A stretch of DNA of 64,000 nt from Octopus sinensis (GCF_006345805.1 NC_043001.1:41602001-41666000); one strand, 5' to 3'. Counted from the stretch's first letter, positions 25,862-39,309 are shown. A program made the numbers and translations. The notes: generated by a model not told the origin, from the sequence alone.

Positions 25862-26110
25862 TGTTATGAGCCAGGCTGTATTGTAGGGAAGGATTGGAAG
25901 TGAGGGAGTAGGTATGTCCTGTCGGAAGTGGGGCCTGCGGATCCTACCGGAAGTGCCGCAGTGGACATGCGGCATTCAGTGAAGCACAAGGGTCAGTCAG
26001 TGGCGAGCAGCACCTCAGAGTGGATGTATGAGAAGGTAGAGCATCGGATAGCACACGTGGATGTGGAGTGGACCTTGGAGATCGTGACAGCACGTGGATG
26101 TTGAAAGTGA
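25862..26110. other. GC-rich CpG-retaining island; candidate solo LTR or promoter-like element
   Basis: TGTTATGA (25862) and TCGTGACA (26082-89) are imperfect inverted termini, and two CGGAAGTG motifs lie inside. No clear TSD. Confidence 0.35.
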
Positions 26111-26355
26111 GCCTTTCTCCGGACTGACAGTTAAGACTACCATAATTCTCTCTTCGCTTCTGTCTTTTTTTTTCCTTGACATCATTTATATTGTATATAG
26201 TAATGGGTTAAGATTGTTGTTGCTGTTTGTGTTAAGCCCTTGGTCAATTGTTCCAATTGCTTTAAGGGACTATATCATTTAGAGTACCTTTCCTTTCCCA
26301 AGAGTAGAGTACGATTTGAAGGAGATTTGGCTGCTTTATCTAATAGGTCAAGGTA

Positions 26356-26869
26356 GTAGTGAAGCCAGGTTCTAAAATCAGAGGGAGCAAGCGCATAAAG
26401 AAAAGGTGCTGTGACACATACCAAACGATTTTTAACACATTTCTCTTATATTACTGCAAATATTTCTTCAGTTATAATATATGTAATTGTATTGACATTG
26501 ATTAATTTCATGTTTCAGTAACAATGTCATTATGCATGAAACATACAACTACTGATATAGGTGGGACATGAAAAAGATGAAACTCCATGGGATTGTCCTG
26601 TGTCAAGAGGTTATGATGTCAGGGTTTGTTTTGGTTCTTCAGATGTCAGCAGCCACCAACACATCACAACATGGGAGGTTGGTCAAACAAAGTAATGACT
26701 CCAGAAAGTTCTTCTAAGGCCATGCAATTAACAAAAAAAAAAGAGATTCAACTTTTATCACTCAAGTGAACTAAAGTGTTAAAAAATGTCATTGAAAAGA
26801 CACCAGTTTTGGAAAATGTGCTCAAGGGGAGCAGCCATTCCCCTTGCTCCCCTATTAGCTGTGCCACTG
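26356..26869. mobile_element. Possible MITE with CAGTGGCGTAGC-type termini, decayed
   Basis: Left TAGTAGTGAAGCCAG..GGGAGCAAG and right CTTGCTCCCC..TAGCTGTGCCACTG are degenerate inverted repeats. Confidence 0.35.
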
Positions 26870-27177
26870 GCTCAAGGCTCTCCACTAAAGCTGTCTAATG
26901 CTATATACTATTACGTTTAGTGCATTAAAAAGTCAAGCCAGCACAAGAGTCTTTATGAAGTCACTCAATCAGCAACCAGCTCACCTTCAGATCACATTTT
27001 ATGGTCTCAAATAAGACAGATACATTGAATAATTATTCTAGATTAGATTATATTAGAAAAAAAACTGAAAAACATGAGTGGTCATGACTAGAAGCCTTTC
27101 ACTCATAGGTCTGCTTAGTCAGTACTGATTTGAAGCTGAACATCAATTGTTAATAATATACAATACAAAGTGTTTAA

Positions 27178-27397
27178 TCCTTTAATATTCAGATTATTCT
27201 ATCAAATGCAATGCTTATTTAATCACACTGTTTTCAATTAATCATACATTATCTCGTAGCTTTGAGATTTTAATGATCTGATTGCTCATATTTAGAAGGA
27301 CATTGTAGGATAGGTGTAAGAGGCTGGATCTGGCTGGTTTGAACATAAAACAGGTAGAATATCTGGGCCGGCTATGACAGGTTTAAATGCTACAGGA
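27178..27397 (+). mobile_element. piggyBac-like MITE family P1
   Basis: TTAA flanks. Homologous to 44607-44825. Confidence 0.8.
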
Positions 27398-28159
27398 TTA
27401 AGGTGTCTGTCAGGAAATACTTCATGTCACAGGGTCCAACAGAAGCTTTTATCTGGGAGCTAGTGGGCCAAACAAAGTGGAGTTAACATTATTCCAATTT
27501 ACTTCATGAATAGATTTGATATCAGTATTCCAATGTTTGAAACATTTGTAAATTAGTCATAGCCCACCCACTATTTAAAGTAATAAACCGTACATTTTTA
27601 TGGTGTTTCACAAATGACTGGACTGAATTTTGCAGGTGGTGGTGGTGGTGGTGGTGGTGGCAGTGGTGATTAGCATGTGGTATGATATGCTTGGACAGAC
27701 ATTCTTGTAAAGGTCATAACTTCTATGCAAATATTTGGTACACATAGCTGAAACAATTTATAAATATTTTAGTTATCTTCAATAATTTTGGCATTTTGTT
27801 CCTAAACTGCTGTGTTTGTTCATGATGTGTCAGCCAGACTATAAAAGATAGATTTTAGTAATTTGTTTGCTAAATTTACCTTTGATTTGTCTTCAGCTTG
27901 TAAGGCAACTCTGTTTTTATCATTTCAGTCACTGTCAGTGATAAGCTGATAGTAAACTAACAATTTATTCTTGCTGTTTAGTTTAATCTTTCTGCCAGCC
28001 TTTGTCTCACTGAGTGTTTAAAAAGGCTAATGCACAGTTTAAGTTTATCTATACTATGAGTTAGAAGACTGAAAGTGTTTCTGTTCTATAGACAATTTCT
28101 TAAGTTTGACTTCAAAAGATTTGATGCTAATAGAAAGATACGAGTAATGCAATAGGAGG

Positions 28160-28442
28160 AGGGGAAGGAGGAAAGGTAGTGGTGGCAATGATAATGGCGC
28201 TGACAACGACAGCGACGATGATGACAGCAATGACAATGACAACAACAACGTTGATGATGATGATGAAGAAGAAGAAGAAGAAGAAGAAGAAGAAGAAGAA
28301 GGGGAGGGGAGGAGAGGGAGGCGGAGAGGATGATGTTGTTGTTGTTGTTGATGATGGTGGTGGTGGTGGTGGTGGAGGTGGTGGTGGTGGTGGTGGTGGT
28401 GGTGGTGATGATGATGATGATGATGAGGAGGAGGAGGAGAGT
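28160..28442. repeat. Mosaic trinucleotide tract (GAC/GAT/GAA/GTT/GGT/GAG)
   Basis: Direct reading. Confidence 0.95.
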
Positions 28443-28944
28443 TGAACAAGTGGAAAATAAATGAAAAATGTAAGGAATGAAATAAAATCAACAAAATTGA
28501 AACAAATGTTTGCTTTTAATTCATAACCTTATCAAAAACAAATTTGATGATTATTTTTTGATATTTTTATAATTTAATATCAAATTCCAATAATATTAAT
28601 TTATAGATATCAACATCTTGAAGTCTATATGTAAATGGAGAAACCATAATTTGCATTAAAAGACAGACAAGCCATTAAAAATATAAATAAGTAAATATAC
28701 AAAATAAATTTACTAATTTAATTTGCTTTGATTCTAAAACTGATTGAGCAGATGATAAAAGCGGCATTAATTTATGCTAATCATTCTTAGATATCAGATA
28801 GCTACATGTATAGGTGTGTTAGTCATTAAGAACAACACTTAAACCCACAACCTAACCAGAAGAAGTGTCTGCATGGTTGCTCTACTGTTTTTCTTTTTTT
28901 TTTTATCTTTTTTTCTTTCTGAGTTTTGAGGAAGATGCAAATCC

Positions 28945-29215
28945 ATGACCTTTGCAGGCCCTCAGAGACTCCCCAATAAGCTTGATGCCATTAATATTCT
29001 ATTTAAAGTGTTGCAGGTCAACTCCTACAGAAAAGACATGAGCAAGGAGAAGATTCCAGAATGCCAGTGTTTTAGAAAGGAAGGAAGTACTAGGCACAGT
29101 AGTTTGTGAAGGGGTGATAAGAAGTGGCAGAATGTTTCAGTTGGTAATGCTTGAATGTTATAGGTATGGCATCAGTCAGCTCCAAGGAACAGATGCTGTT
29201 ATAGTAGAAATAGCA
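28945..29215 (-). mobile_element. CR1/L2-group LINE 3' end, decayed
   Basis: Minus-strand S(F)LSKTLAFWNLL.AHVF (SFFP.T...WN.LP-type end). Homologous to 63700-63830. Confidence 0.65.
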
Positions 29216-29520
29216 ACTAAATATCCCAAAACATCACTAACTGTTGCTTTGATAAAGGAAGGAAACATTGCATAACGTAATGTTACACTATGCCAAGATA
29301 GGTTTAGATATGGTTGGAATACATTTGATCATAAGTCTTCTCAATTAGGGCTCATCTGGGGTTAACTGGTACTACATTTATTACAACAAGGATTCCAATT
29401 GAGCCAATGAAAGTACTGTGCAAGTGGCTGAGTACTCCACAAACAGACATACCCACAATGTAGTTCTCAGGGGAATTCAGTTTGGCACAGAATGTGGTGA
29501 GGCTGGTCCTTTAAATTGTA

Positions 29521-29928
29521 TACTCTCTCTTTTACTCTTTTACATGTTTCAGTCATTTGACTGTGGCCATGCTGGAGCACCACCTTTAATCGAGCAACTC
29601 GACCCGGGACTTATTCTTTTGTAAGCCCAGTACTTATTCTATCGGTCTCTTTTGCCAAACCGCTAAGTAACGGGGACATAAACACACCGGCATCGGTTGT
29701 CAAGCAATGCTAGGGAGACAAACACACACACGCATATATATATATATATATAAATAAAAGGAAATGAAGAAAATGCTGACAAAATAATTTAAGTAATTAA
29801 AGTAATTTAATTAGGTGAAAGTTCTTTTTACCGGTTGCGCATTTGTTATGCTTATCAAAAGATGTTTTTTTAAGAGAGATAGAGTTCCTTTCTGATAGAT
29901 TTTTTCCTCTTATATATATATATATATA

Positions 29929-29959
<31 letters not shown>

Positions 29960-30120
29960 CGGGCTTCTTTCAGTTTCCATCTACCAAATCCACTCACAAG
30001 GCTTTGGTCGGCCCAAGGCTATAGTAGAAGACACTTGCCCAAGGTGCCACGCAGTGGGACTGAACCCGGAACCATGTGGTTGGTAAACAAGCTACTTACC
30101 ACACAGCCACTCCTGCGCCT
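29521..30120 (-). mobile_element. SINE family 2, full length, with nested insertion in its (TA)n
   Basis: Close homolog of 9084-9490, with ~150 bp of extra sequence at 29750-29900. Confidence 0.9.
29750..29900 (-). mobile_element. Penelope-like terminal fragment with degenerate hammerhead, nested in a SINE
   Basis: Minus strand TCTT-TTGATAA-GCAT-AACAA-ATGC-GCAAC-CG-GTA-AAAAGA keeps stem II and the palindromic ACCGGT; the core is mutated. Confidence 0.45.
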
Positions 30121-30999
30121 ATGTACAACTCATTTTTACTAACTGAGTAGACTGGAGCAATGCAAAATAAAGTGTCTTGCTCCAGGACACACCATACTGC
30201 TGGGAATTGAACTCATGACATTATGATCATAAGCTGAATACCCTACCCACTTAACCTTGTGCCTTCTGGAGTTAAACAACAACAAAAATAGAATGTAGCA
30301 AATGATGGAGAGAGAGTGATATAGGAGAAGCTCAGTGAGGTGAGGGTTGCAGTAGATATTTGAGGGCATCGAAGGTGATAGCAGATATGTGAAGTGTTAA
30401 TGATGGAGAATAGCACAGGGGAGAGAAGGTGCAGAAAGGAGGTGAGTAGTAAGGACAGAGGTGGAGATAGTGGAAAATGGAAGTGGTTTCGAGTGAGGCA
30501 AGGAAAGTAACTGAGAAAACAAAGCTGAAGTAATATGTGCCTATTTTAAACAGTAAAATCCAGTAAAACTAATGATAGTCATACTTCCTAATGGCAGAAA
30601 ATTTATTTCATTCCTTTAACTATTTGTATCTATAAACAATCGGTTTTATTGACCTTTCTATGATTAAACAGTAGCAATTTAGAACAAAATGTCTTGTCCA
30701 GAAACCAAATAAAATACCTACAGCATGATTTGGACATGCTTGTCAGTCTTGCATTTTATCTATTTAGCCAGCATTTTATCCATTTAGCTAAGCAGTCTCT
30801 TTGAAAGATGTAATCAAGCAAAGTTTTTGAACAATATGTAAAATTAGTTGCATTATCATAAATAAAGTAAAATTTTGGTTGAATTTCATACATTACTGTA
30901 TATATATATTTGTAAGTACGTATGAAGTTATTTGCTTGCATGTATATGTATGTGTCTATATAGCTTTACATCAGAGTTAAGCAGATGCAGAAATAGAAG

Positions 31000-33170
31000 A
31001 TGGTGTGGGGAAGGAAGATATGGAAACTAAGATCTCACAGTTGAGAATAAGTTTAGAGAAAGTCTAACATGACTGCAGGGGAAAAGCTGTAGATACCTGT
31101 CGTATAGATGATAACTGGGAATTTCTAAAATAACCTGCTTAGGACTACAGATCAGACATGCAACTGGAACACAGTCCCAGCCAAACCAAAGGTAATGTGG
31201 TAATGAAATAACATAGTTGATAAGATTAGGGTTAAGAGGCAGGCTTGGAAAACCTGGAAGGAGGTAGTAGTAGGAAGTATTATCAAATGGCTAGAAGAAC
31301 AGCTGGATGACATATATTTGGTGAAGGGTGAGTCAGAAAGGAAGATCTCACATATCCTACAACATGAGGATAGGAAGCTTAGGGTGTTCAGACTTGTGAG
31401 CCAGTGTGTGAGAGAGAACCAAAACATCATTGGCAAGAGGTGAATTTGGAATGAGGAAGGTATAGTCACTACAGACAGAGAAAACAAGAAAGTAGTGTGG
31501 AAATGCTATCATGGGGGGCTGCTGAACATAGAAAATACATGGGATAAAGAGGAACCACTTCATGCTAAATCCTACAGAAGGACCAGCAACTTGAGTAGAC
31601 AGCAACATGGTAGATACATAAATTAAGGACATGAAGAGAAGAAAAGCAGCATGTCCATCAAGGAAAGATACAGAGATGTTCAAAATATCTAGTTAGATAG
31701 GATACATGATAACCAACCAGATAGTAAATGATGTTACATAGAAAGGCATCTTACACAATGACTGGTATAGCAGTATCATCATACACTGTTACAATGGCAA
31801 AAGAGATGTCTTAATGAGAGGAGATTATAGAGGAATCAGACTACTGTGTCAGATTATGAGGTCACAAAGAGTGTCATAGTGCATTTAATCTGTGATAGAG
31901 TAGTCCTGGATGACTTCGTGCCCAAAAGCAATACTACAGATACAATCTTTTAGTGAGGCAACTGCAGGAGAAATGCTTGGCTAAGAGTAAACCACTATCC
32001 CTGGCTGTTGTTTATTTACAGAAGGCATTTGACAAAGTTCTGCATTCAGTAATTTGGTGGTCTCTTAGGAAACTAGATGTAGATGACTGGCTTGTGAGAG
32101 CTGTACAAAACATGAACATAGATGCCACAAGTGAGAGGCAGCAATAATTTCAGTGTTGAATTCAATATAAAGGTCGTTCATCAACGTTCATCCCTCAGTT
32201 TTCTCTTGTTCATCATAGTACTACAAGCCATCACGGAATAATTTAAGACTGACTATCAATAAGAACCCATACATGCTGATGATCTAATTCTCATAGTTGA
32301 ATCTATAAAGGAATGACAGTGAAACTAAACCTAGAATCAAAAGGCCTCAAGGTAAGCTGAGTAAAAACTAAGGTTTTAGTAAGTATGAAGAAAGACATGA
32401 CCCTGGTATCTTCATGGAAATAACCTTGCATGAGATGCAGAAAAGGGATATGTATAAACTCCATATGCTGTACCCAATGTAAATTATGGACACACAAGAA
32501 AAGTAGTAGAATTACTGGCAGACAAGCTGAGAACTTAGCTTCCCATGTGACAGATGCACATATCATGAACACACCATAAAGAGACTCTCTTAAATGTCCA
32601 GATAGTTTAATATAAGTAGTCAATAGCGTTTGTTACCTAAGAGATGTATTTAGTAGGTAAAGGTGGTTGTTCTGAAAGTATTGCTACCAGATTCAGAACA
32701 GAGTGGAAAATGTGCAATGATCTACTACAACAACTGGCAACAAAGGTCCTTCCCTCAGAGTGAGGAGCAAATTGTATGATGCTTGTGTTAGAACTGTAAT
32801 GCTATATGATAGTGAGACGTGGGTTTTGAATACAAAGAACTTGAGAAGACTAGAAGGAAATGGAGCGGGCATGCTCTGTTGGATGTACAATGCAAGTATG
32901 CATGAACAGTACTAATGTGCTGAAAGAAAAACTGGGCATAAGAGGAATCAGATGTAGTATCCAAGAAAGAAGATTGTAATGGTTTGGACAGGTGATGTGA
33001 ATAGATGAGTATAGCTGAATGAAGAAGTACCAATCACTAAATACATATGGAACTTGTAGTAAAGAGAGACCCAGGAAAACATGGGATGAAGTGATGAAGC
33101 CTTCAGGACCTTGAACCTTATGGAGAAGATGACAAGGGACCAGGATGACTGGTAATATGCAGTTCTCAAG
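31000..33170 (+). mobile_element. RTE-clade LINE, long decayed copy
   Basis: AWKTWK.., LLNIENTWDK, LQEKCLAKSKPLSLAVVYLQKAFDKV..WWSLRKL, HADDL near 32270 and RPRKTWDEV. Confidence 0.9.
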
Positions 33171-33924
33171 ATTCTAACAAGGTCATAAGCTAAAAAAATC
33201 TATCTGCTAAAAGTCATAATCAAACCTCCATTTCTTCATCCTTTATCATCTTAAAGAAGACCACATTGTTAATGAATTCCTACATATACAAAAATATGGG
33301 ATGATCACATAAAGTCTTTGATCATCAGTTTGCTCAATTAGGGCTAACCTGGGGTTAAATAATAACAATAACTACTATCCTGGCAATATGCAGGGGATGT
33401 GCCATGAAAATACCAATAGCTTTATACTGTGGAAAATACAGTAAAGAGCAGCACATCAATATATCATGTTACCCTCAGAGAAGGGAGCTGGTTTAAATAC
33501 TTGGAACAGGAGCAGACTGTAGTAAAAGCCCTAGTAAAGCTTGTGGTAGTTAATATGTTGGTAATAATGAATAAGAAGATGACGAATGTCATGAGGAATG
33601 TATGATAATACTATGAGAAATATAATACTCTACACACATACAAACACACATACACACATAAGACAACATATGCTTGAGATAAGCATCATACCATATTATC
33701 TGACTCTGAATCAATGATATTGATCCAACACTTTGCCTGTCTTCACGAAAGAAATTTCAGTAAGAACAGTTAAATATAATTGTTACTACCTTTTAGATTT
33801 GTTTCCATTAGAAAATGTTTAGATGTTCATCAAAACAAAATAGAAATGAAAGATCAAACAGCTATATCTATCAACATCTCTTTAGAATTATACTTGATCA
33901 CTTTATCTTTTCTTCACAACAGTA

Positions 33925-34305
33925 ATTGCATTTTAAATTTTATATCATCATCGTCGTCGTCGTTGTCATTGTCGTCATCATCATCATCATCATCATCACC
34001 ACCACCACCACTATCATCATCATCATCATCATTGTCATCATCGTTGTCATCACTAGTAGCAGTGGTGGTGGCAGTGGCAATGGTGGCACTGCCAGCATTG
34101 TTGCCATCATCACCATTTAACATCTATTTTACCATGCTTCATTAGGTCAAATAGAATTCAGTGAGGCAGATTTTCTACAACCTGATGCTCTTTCTGGTGC
34201 CAAACTGCACCTGTTTCCAAGCAAGTTAATATTTCCCTATGGCCTGACATATTTTCCTAGGAGATTAGAAACAAAACTCTCATTTTCATGACAGTGACAT
34301 CAAGA
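33925..34305 (-). mobile_element. RTE-tail-related SINE with (GAT)n tail, decayed
   Basis: A (CAT/GTC)n tract is followed by CCATGCT..GAGGCAGATTTTCTACA.CCTGATGC, resembling the RTE 3' end. Confidence 0.55.
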
Positions 34306-34340
34306 AAAGGAGAGTCAAACTCTCATACACACACACACAA

Positions 34341-34372
<32 letters not shown>

Positions 34373-34424
34373 GAATATATATATATGTACATATATACAC
34401 ATTCATACATACACACATATACAT

Positions 34425-34482
<58 letters not shown>

Positions 34483-34484
34483 TA

Positions 34485-34526
<42 letters not shown>

Positions 34527-34594
34527 AGCCTGGTGCATCCCCCTGGCTTGCCAGTCCCCAGTCAAACTGTCTAACCCTTGCTAAAACTTACTAC

Positions 34595-36236
34595 CAAATA
34601 GCCTACCTGAATATCATGTACAAATTATACAATGGCTGCCTCAGTCTATTTTTGCAGGATCATTATAACACCTGAACAAGTTGGAGGAAAGAAGGTGTGG
34701 AGCTGCACACAGCAGCAACTAATTAGCAAAATGAATCAGGAAAAAAACAGAAATCACAGGAGCTTAACTATAGTATGGCTAGATTACCAGAAGGCTTTTG
34801 ACAGTATACCATATGGGTGGATTATTAAGGCTTCACAGTTAGCCAAAGTCCCACAACCACTAGTGCTATTGAATTCCTGACCAAGATTTGGTATGCCACT
34901 TTGCTCCTTAGGAGTGAAAATGAGTAAATTGAGTCTGAAAGCATTCACTACCACATATGACATCTTTCAGGGTGATAGTCTGCCAATGTTGCTCTTCACC
35001 CTCGCGTTAAACCCACTATCATACCTTCTCACAAAACATAGTAGCCCTAGAAATGAATGCAGAAGTATCTCTCATATTTTTTTTGACAACAATCTGAAAA
35101 TGTATGAGCCAAATATCAACAACATTAAAAAAAACAATTTGACCTTATAACCCAGTTTTCTACAGACATTGGAATGAAAGTTGGTGAGTCTAAATGTGTA
35201 TTTTTAACAACAGAACATGGAAATATTGTGCTCTCCTCTAAAAACCTAAAATTGAATTGCTTCACAATACAACCTCAACAGTCAGGTGACAATTAGAGGT
35301 CTCTTGGACAGGATGAGAATGCCAGATATGATGGACCTGTAAATAAGGAAAGGACCAGGAATAAATACCTCAGGAGAGAAAAGAGAATATGATAATCAGA
35401 ACTCTCAGCTTACAACAAGCATATTGCCCACAGCACTTTGCACTGCCTGTGCTCATACCAATGTTTGGCTTTCTGAGTTAATCTCTACAAGAACTCAATT
35501 AGATAGACGTTCAAACTTGCAAGCTGTTCAGTATTACAGGAAACTTCCACATCAATAGAGATGTAGACAGGCTATACTTTCCATGCAAACATAGTGGCTG
35601 TAGTCTCAGATCTGTATTGATGTCATATGAATCACATATTGTGACACTGAAACAACATCTGCAGCAGGGGAAAAAGTTTGTGACCATGAAATAAAAAAAC
35701 ATAATTAGAATAGCTAAAGAACTTGAGGAGAGGTGTGAAACAAGAGCTGATATAGATCTCTCTCCAAGGAGCATTGATAAAATCTATTTATCAAAAGAAC
35801 AAAATTTTAAAAAAACCAGTTTGCATGAGTACTTGGCATGAAAAACACAAACCATAGAAGGGGTTGATCATATCAAAAGCTTCGCATGGAATACTGACAA
35901 GTTTATGACATCCCTCTCCAAAGGCCACCTATGCAATTCAAGAATGAGAGATCTCCACCAAGTACCTACAGCATGAAAGGCAGAAAACATTGATAGACAA
36001 CTAATGTAGGCTGCGCAAGATCGAGACTGAAGACATCAACCACATTATTGCCAACTGTGAGAGAATGTTTTCTAGATACTATCTTCACATGAGAAATGAT
36101 GCAATGGCCAGAAAACACATACAGATGAAGCTGACTATTTTGAGACCAATAGTTCAAAAGAAAATTGGTAGAACTTAAACATTAAAACAGCCACCAAGTT
36201 AAAACACAATTGGCCAGATATTGTTGTGTGGGACAA
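34595..36236 (+). mobile_element. R4/Dong-like (RLE-type) non-LTR retrotransposon, lacking both ends
   Basis: [51 protein letters not shown] relic CRLRKIETEDINHIIANC, RND(RHD) and RLE start HNWPDIVVWD. Many frameshifts. Confidence 0.88.
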
Positions 36237-36369
36237 TATGTAGTCATTCATCTCCTTTTTACAAAGGCTTAGCCTGTTCCACTCTTGAAGTTATTTCTGG
36301 CTGTTTTGTATTGTTTCAGATCTGTTTATCATTAATTTTTTGTTTCACAAGTAAATATGGTTTTTATTG

Positions 36370-36470
36370 TCCATTGTTTTAATGAACAGCATGGATGTGG
36401 ATTTTCAATCTTGTTAGGGACCTACAGTCTTTTGAACAGATGTGGCACCGATGAGCACTTCTTATAGTAT
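36370..36470 (-). mobile_element. RTE-X/BovB-type LINE 3' terminal zinc-finger relic
   Basis: Minus-strand CHICSKDCRSLTRLKIHIHAVH* fits the RTE C-terminal C-x2-C-x3-C-x-S-x2-(G)L-x2-H pattern. Confidence 0.5.
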
Positions 36471-36802
36471 GTGTTACAATATTATACGTATGGATAACAT
36501 AAAGGAGACAAAAAAAATGGTGGAAGAAAGAGAGAGAAAAGTTTCAAGTGTGTAGGTATGGCCAATTGGTTAATAAATTTACTTCCCAATCATAAGTTCC
36601 TTGTCTGATTCCATTACATAGCACCTTAGCAAGTGTCTTCTGCCATTGCCTCAAATCTGTATAGATGGAATTTGTATGTAAACCAGACAGATAGACTGTT
36701 TTTGTAAATCACAGGTTTGCTTTATTATACACTGTTTCATACTGATTCTCCCTGAAGATTACATTAAGGATATATGTTTATGTGTAATATTCAACTACTT
36801 AA

Positions 36803-37020
36803 CCCATTAGGAGTTAAACTGGTCATATCTAGCCCAAATGTTCTACCTGTCTTATGTTCAAACTGGCCAGATCCAGCCTTTCACATCTACTCTAAAAGGT
36901 CATTCTATTAAAACAATCACATTGTCAAAATCTCAAATATCTGAGAGAGTGCACAACTAAATCAAGACAATGTGAATAAATAAGCATTACATTTGACAGA
37001 GTAACATGAATGCTAAAGGG
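36803..37020 (-). mobile_element. piggyBac-like MITE family P1, reverse orientation
   Basis: TTAA-CCCATTAG ... CTAAAGGG-TTGA. Reverse complement of 44607-44825. Confidence 0.8.
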
Positions 37021-37259
37021 TTGAGATCTGAGTCAATGAGTTGGTTGTTCTGTTAATCAAACAACCAGAATACTCATTGTTAAAACTGATGCAACATCCA
37101 TTAAGAGAGAAAGAAGTTTCAGATATTAAAAAAAGAGCTGAGAGGTTAAACTCTTCATTTTATTATTTTTTATCTTCCCACCTTATATCTTTTTTAAAAA
37201 TTAGTTCCTGCACTTAGGTTTTTTCAAATTTTCTTTTCACAATTTTTATAAATGTCAAA

Positions 37260-38094
37260 TACATAAATATATGTGTGCACATGTATGTGTGCGTGAGTAT
37301 GTGTATACGTTTGTATGTGTGTACACACATATATTAATCATAAAAAAATATGGTACCAAATTTCTGTTTGCATGCAAGTACATTTGTTTATTAATGTATA
37401 TTAATAAATTATAAAATGAGGTGTAATGTATTTATTGTGCTTGTATATGTGTATAAGCATGTATGTGTAGCTGTGTATGTAGGCGTATGTGTAGGTGTGT
37501 GCATGTATGCATAGGTGTGTGAATATGTGTAGGTATGTATATGCACAGGTATGTATGTAGGTGAGTATACACATATGTAGATGTACATGTGTGTGGGTGT
37601 GTGCATGTGCATGTAGCTAAATGCATACATATATGTGTAGGTATGTGTGCATGCATGAAGGTATGTGCTTGTGCGTAGTTAGGTCAGTGCATGTGTGTGT
37701 AGGTATGTATGCTTGTATATGTGTGTATGCTGTGATGAGTATAACTTTATGTCTGTATAGGTGTAACTTTAGGTGTGTTTACTTGAGTGTCCGTTTTTGA
37801 TATTTCTTGTGAATGTGTGATCTTGGAAATCTTTAATTAGTTTTGAATTATGTAATTTGCTAAAAATCTTTTTTTTTTTTCTTCTTACATTTATAATATA
37901 CCTCGTTTAATGCATTTCATTGATTCCTAATTTTCTATAAAACTTTTTCAAATATTTTTGAAACAGATCATATTAATGTATTTGATTGAGGTATGTGTGT
38001 GTGTATATATATATGTATATATATATATATATATACATACCCATATAATATAGGTATGTATGTCTGTACTTATATATCTATATCTGTTTTTATT

Positions 38095-38126
<32 letters not shown>

Positions 38127-38217
38127 CACACACATATATACAGAGAGAAAGAGAAAGAAAGAGAGATAGATATATAAGTACACACATATACATACATATA
38201 TTATATGAGTATGTGTG

Positions 38218-38258
<41 letters not shown>

Positions 38259-38335
38259 GCACACATATATATACACATACATGCACATAAATATATACAT
38301 AAACACATATACATGTATAGTAGATAGATGCATAT
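37260..38335. repeat. Degenerate (TG)/(TA)/(GA)n low-complexity blocks
   Basis: Direct reading. Confidence 0.85.
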
Positions 38336-38839
38336 GAACTAAGGCAGTACAATTTTAGTTCATGTGAGATATCTAATAACCAAGAGAGCTCAACTATGCA
38401 GACAGTTGACACTATGACTTGATGTTCATGTTAATTAAACAAAGAATAAACCTCAAATATAAAACCAAAAGAAAACATGAAATAATTACTGCAAACAAGA
38501 TATCTAGTTAAATCAGTGACTCTCCACTTCATCAGCTGCTGTTTAACTAAGGAGTGTTGCTTGTTTAGCCACACAATAAGTTGCTTGTTTAGCCAAGCAA
38601 CTAAGGAGCGTTGCTTGTTTAGCCACGCAAGTGGTTGTTATATAAAACAATAGAAACAAACAAAGGAATGAAGTGGTTATTTTATATATCACTGAGAAAT
38701 AAAAAGTCTCTAAAAAGTAGTTAATTTCTTGTTTGAAAATATATAATTTTCAAAGTGACACACAGTCACTGATCTAATAAATAGAAAAATTATTATTTCT
38801 AAATCTCTCAATGAGAGACATTCAGTAATATAGCTCTAA

Positions 38840-39309
38840 AGTAAAGATTATTTGCCAACATAATGTTGCAGTCTTGGTTGGGATGAATGTTACTGCTATT
38901 TAGCCCAAGAAAACATCGTCTCCAACTGGTTATATGACACACTATCTGTGTCCTTATATTTTCGAACAAGGAAGTTTACCGAATGTCTCTTGTTGAGAGA
39001 TTTAGAAATAACTTTTCTATTTATTTATTAGACCAGGGAGTATGTGTCACTTTGAAAATTATATATTTTCGAACAAGAATTTAGCAGCGCCATCAATTAT
39101 TCTGTGCTAATGAAAGAAAATAACCCAGAAAGCACGGTATACAGATATTGCTTTGGCTGAGTGGGGATGCTAAACTCCCTTGTTTGAAAATATAAGGACA
39201 CAGATAGTGTGTCATATAACCAGCTGGAGACGATGTTTTCTGGGGTTAAATAACACTAACATCTGTTCCAACCAGGACTGCCATATTATGTTGGCAAATA
39301 ATCTTTACT
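38840..39309. mobile_element. 470-bp MITE/foldback with 139-bp TIRs
   Basis: 38840-38978 is the reverse complement of 39171-39309, with scattered mismatches. Confidence 0.88.

Noticed and set aside
28720-28800. TAAT-rich segment resembling a conserved enhancer
   Set aside because: Cannot be distinguished from AT-rich background without alignments.
36370-36470. C2H2 zinc finger as a host ZNF exon
   Set aside because: It is a single finger followed by a stop, has no good acceptor, and fits the RTE C-terminal finger pattern better.
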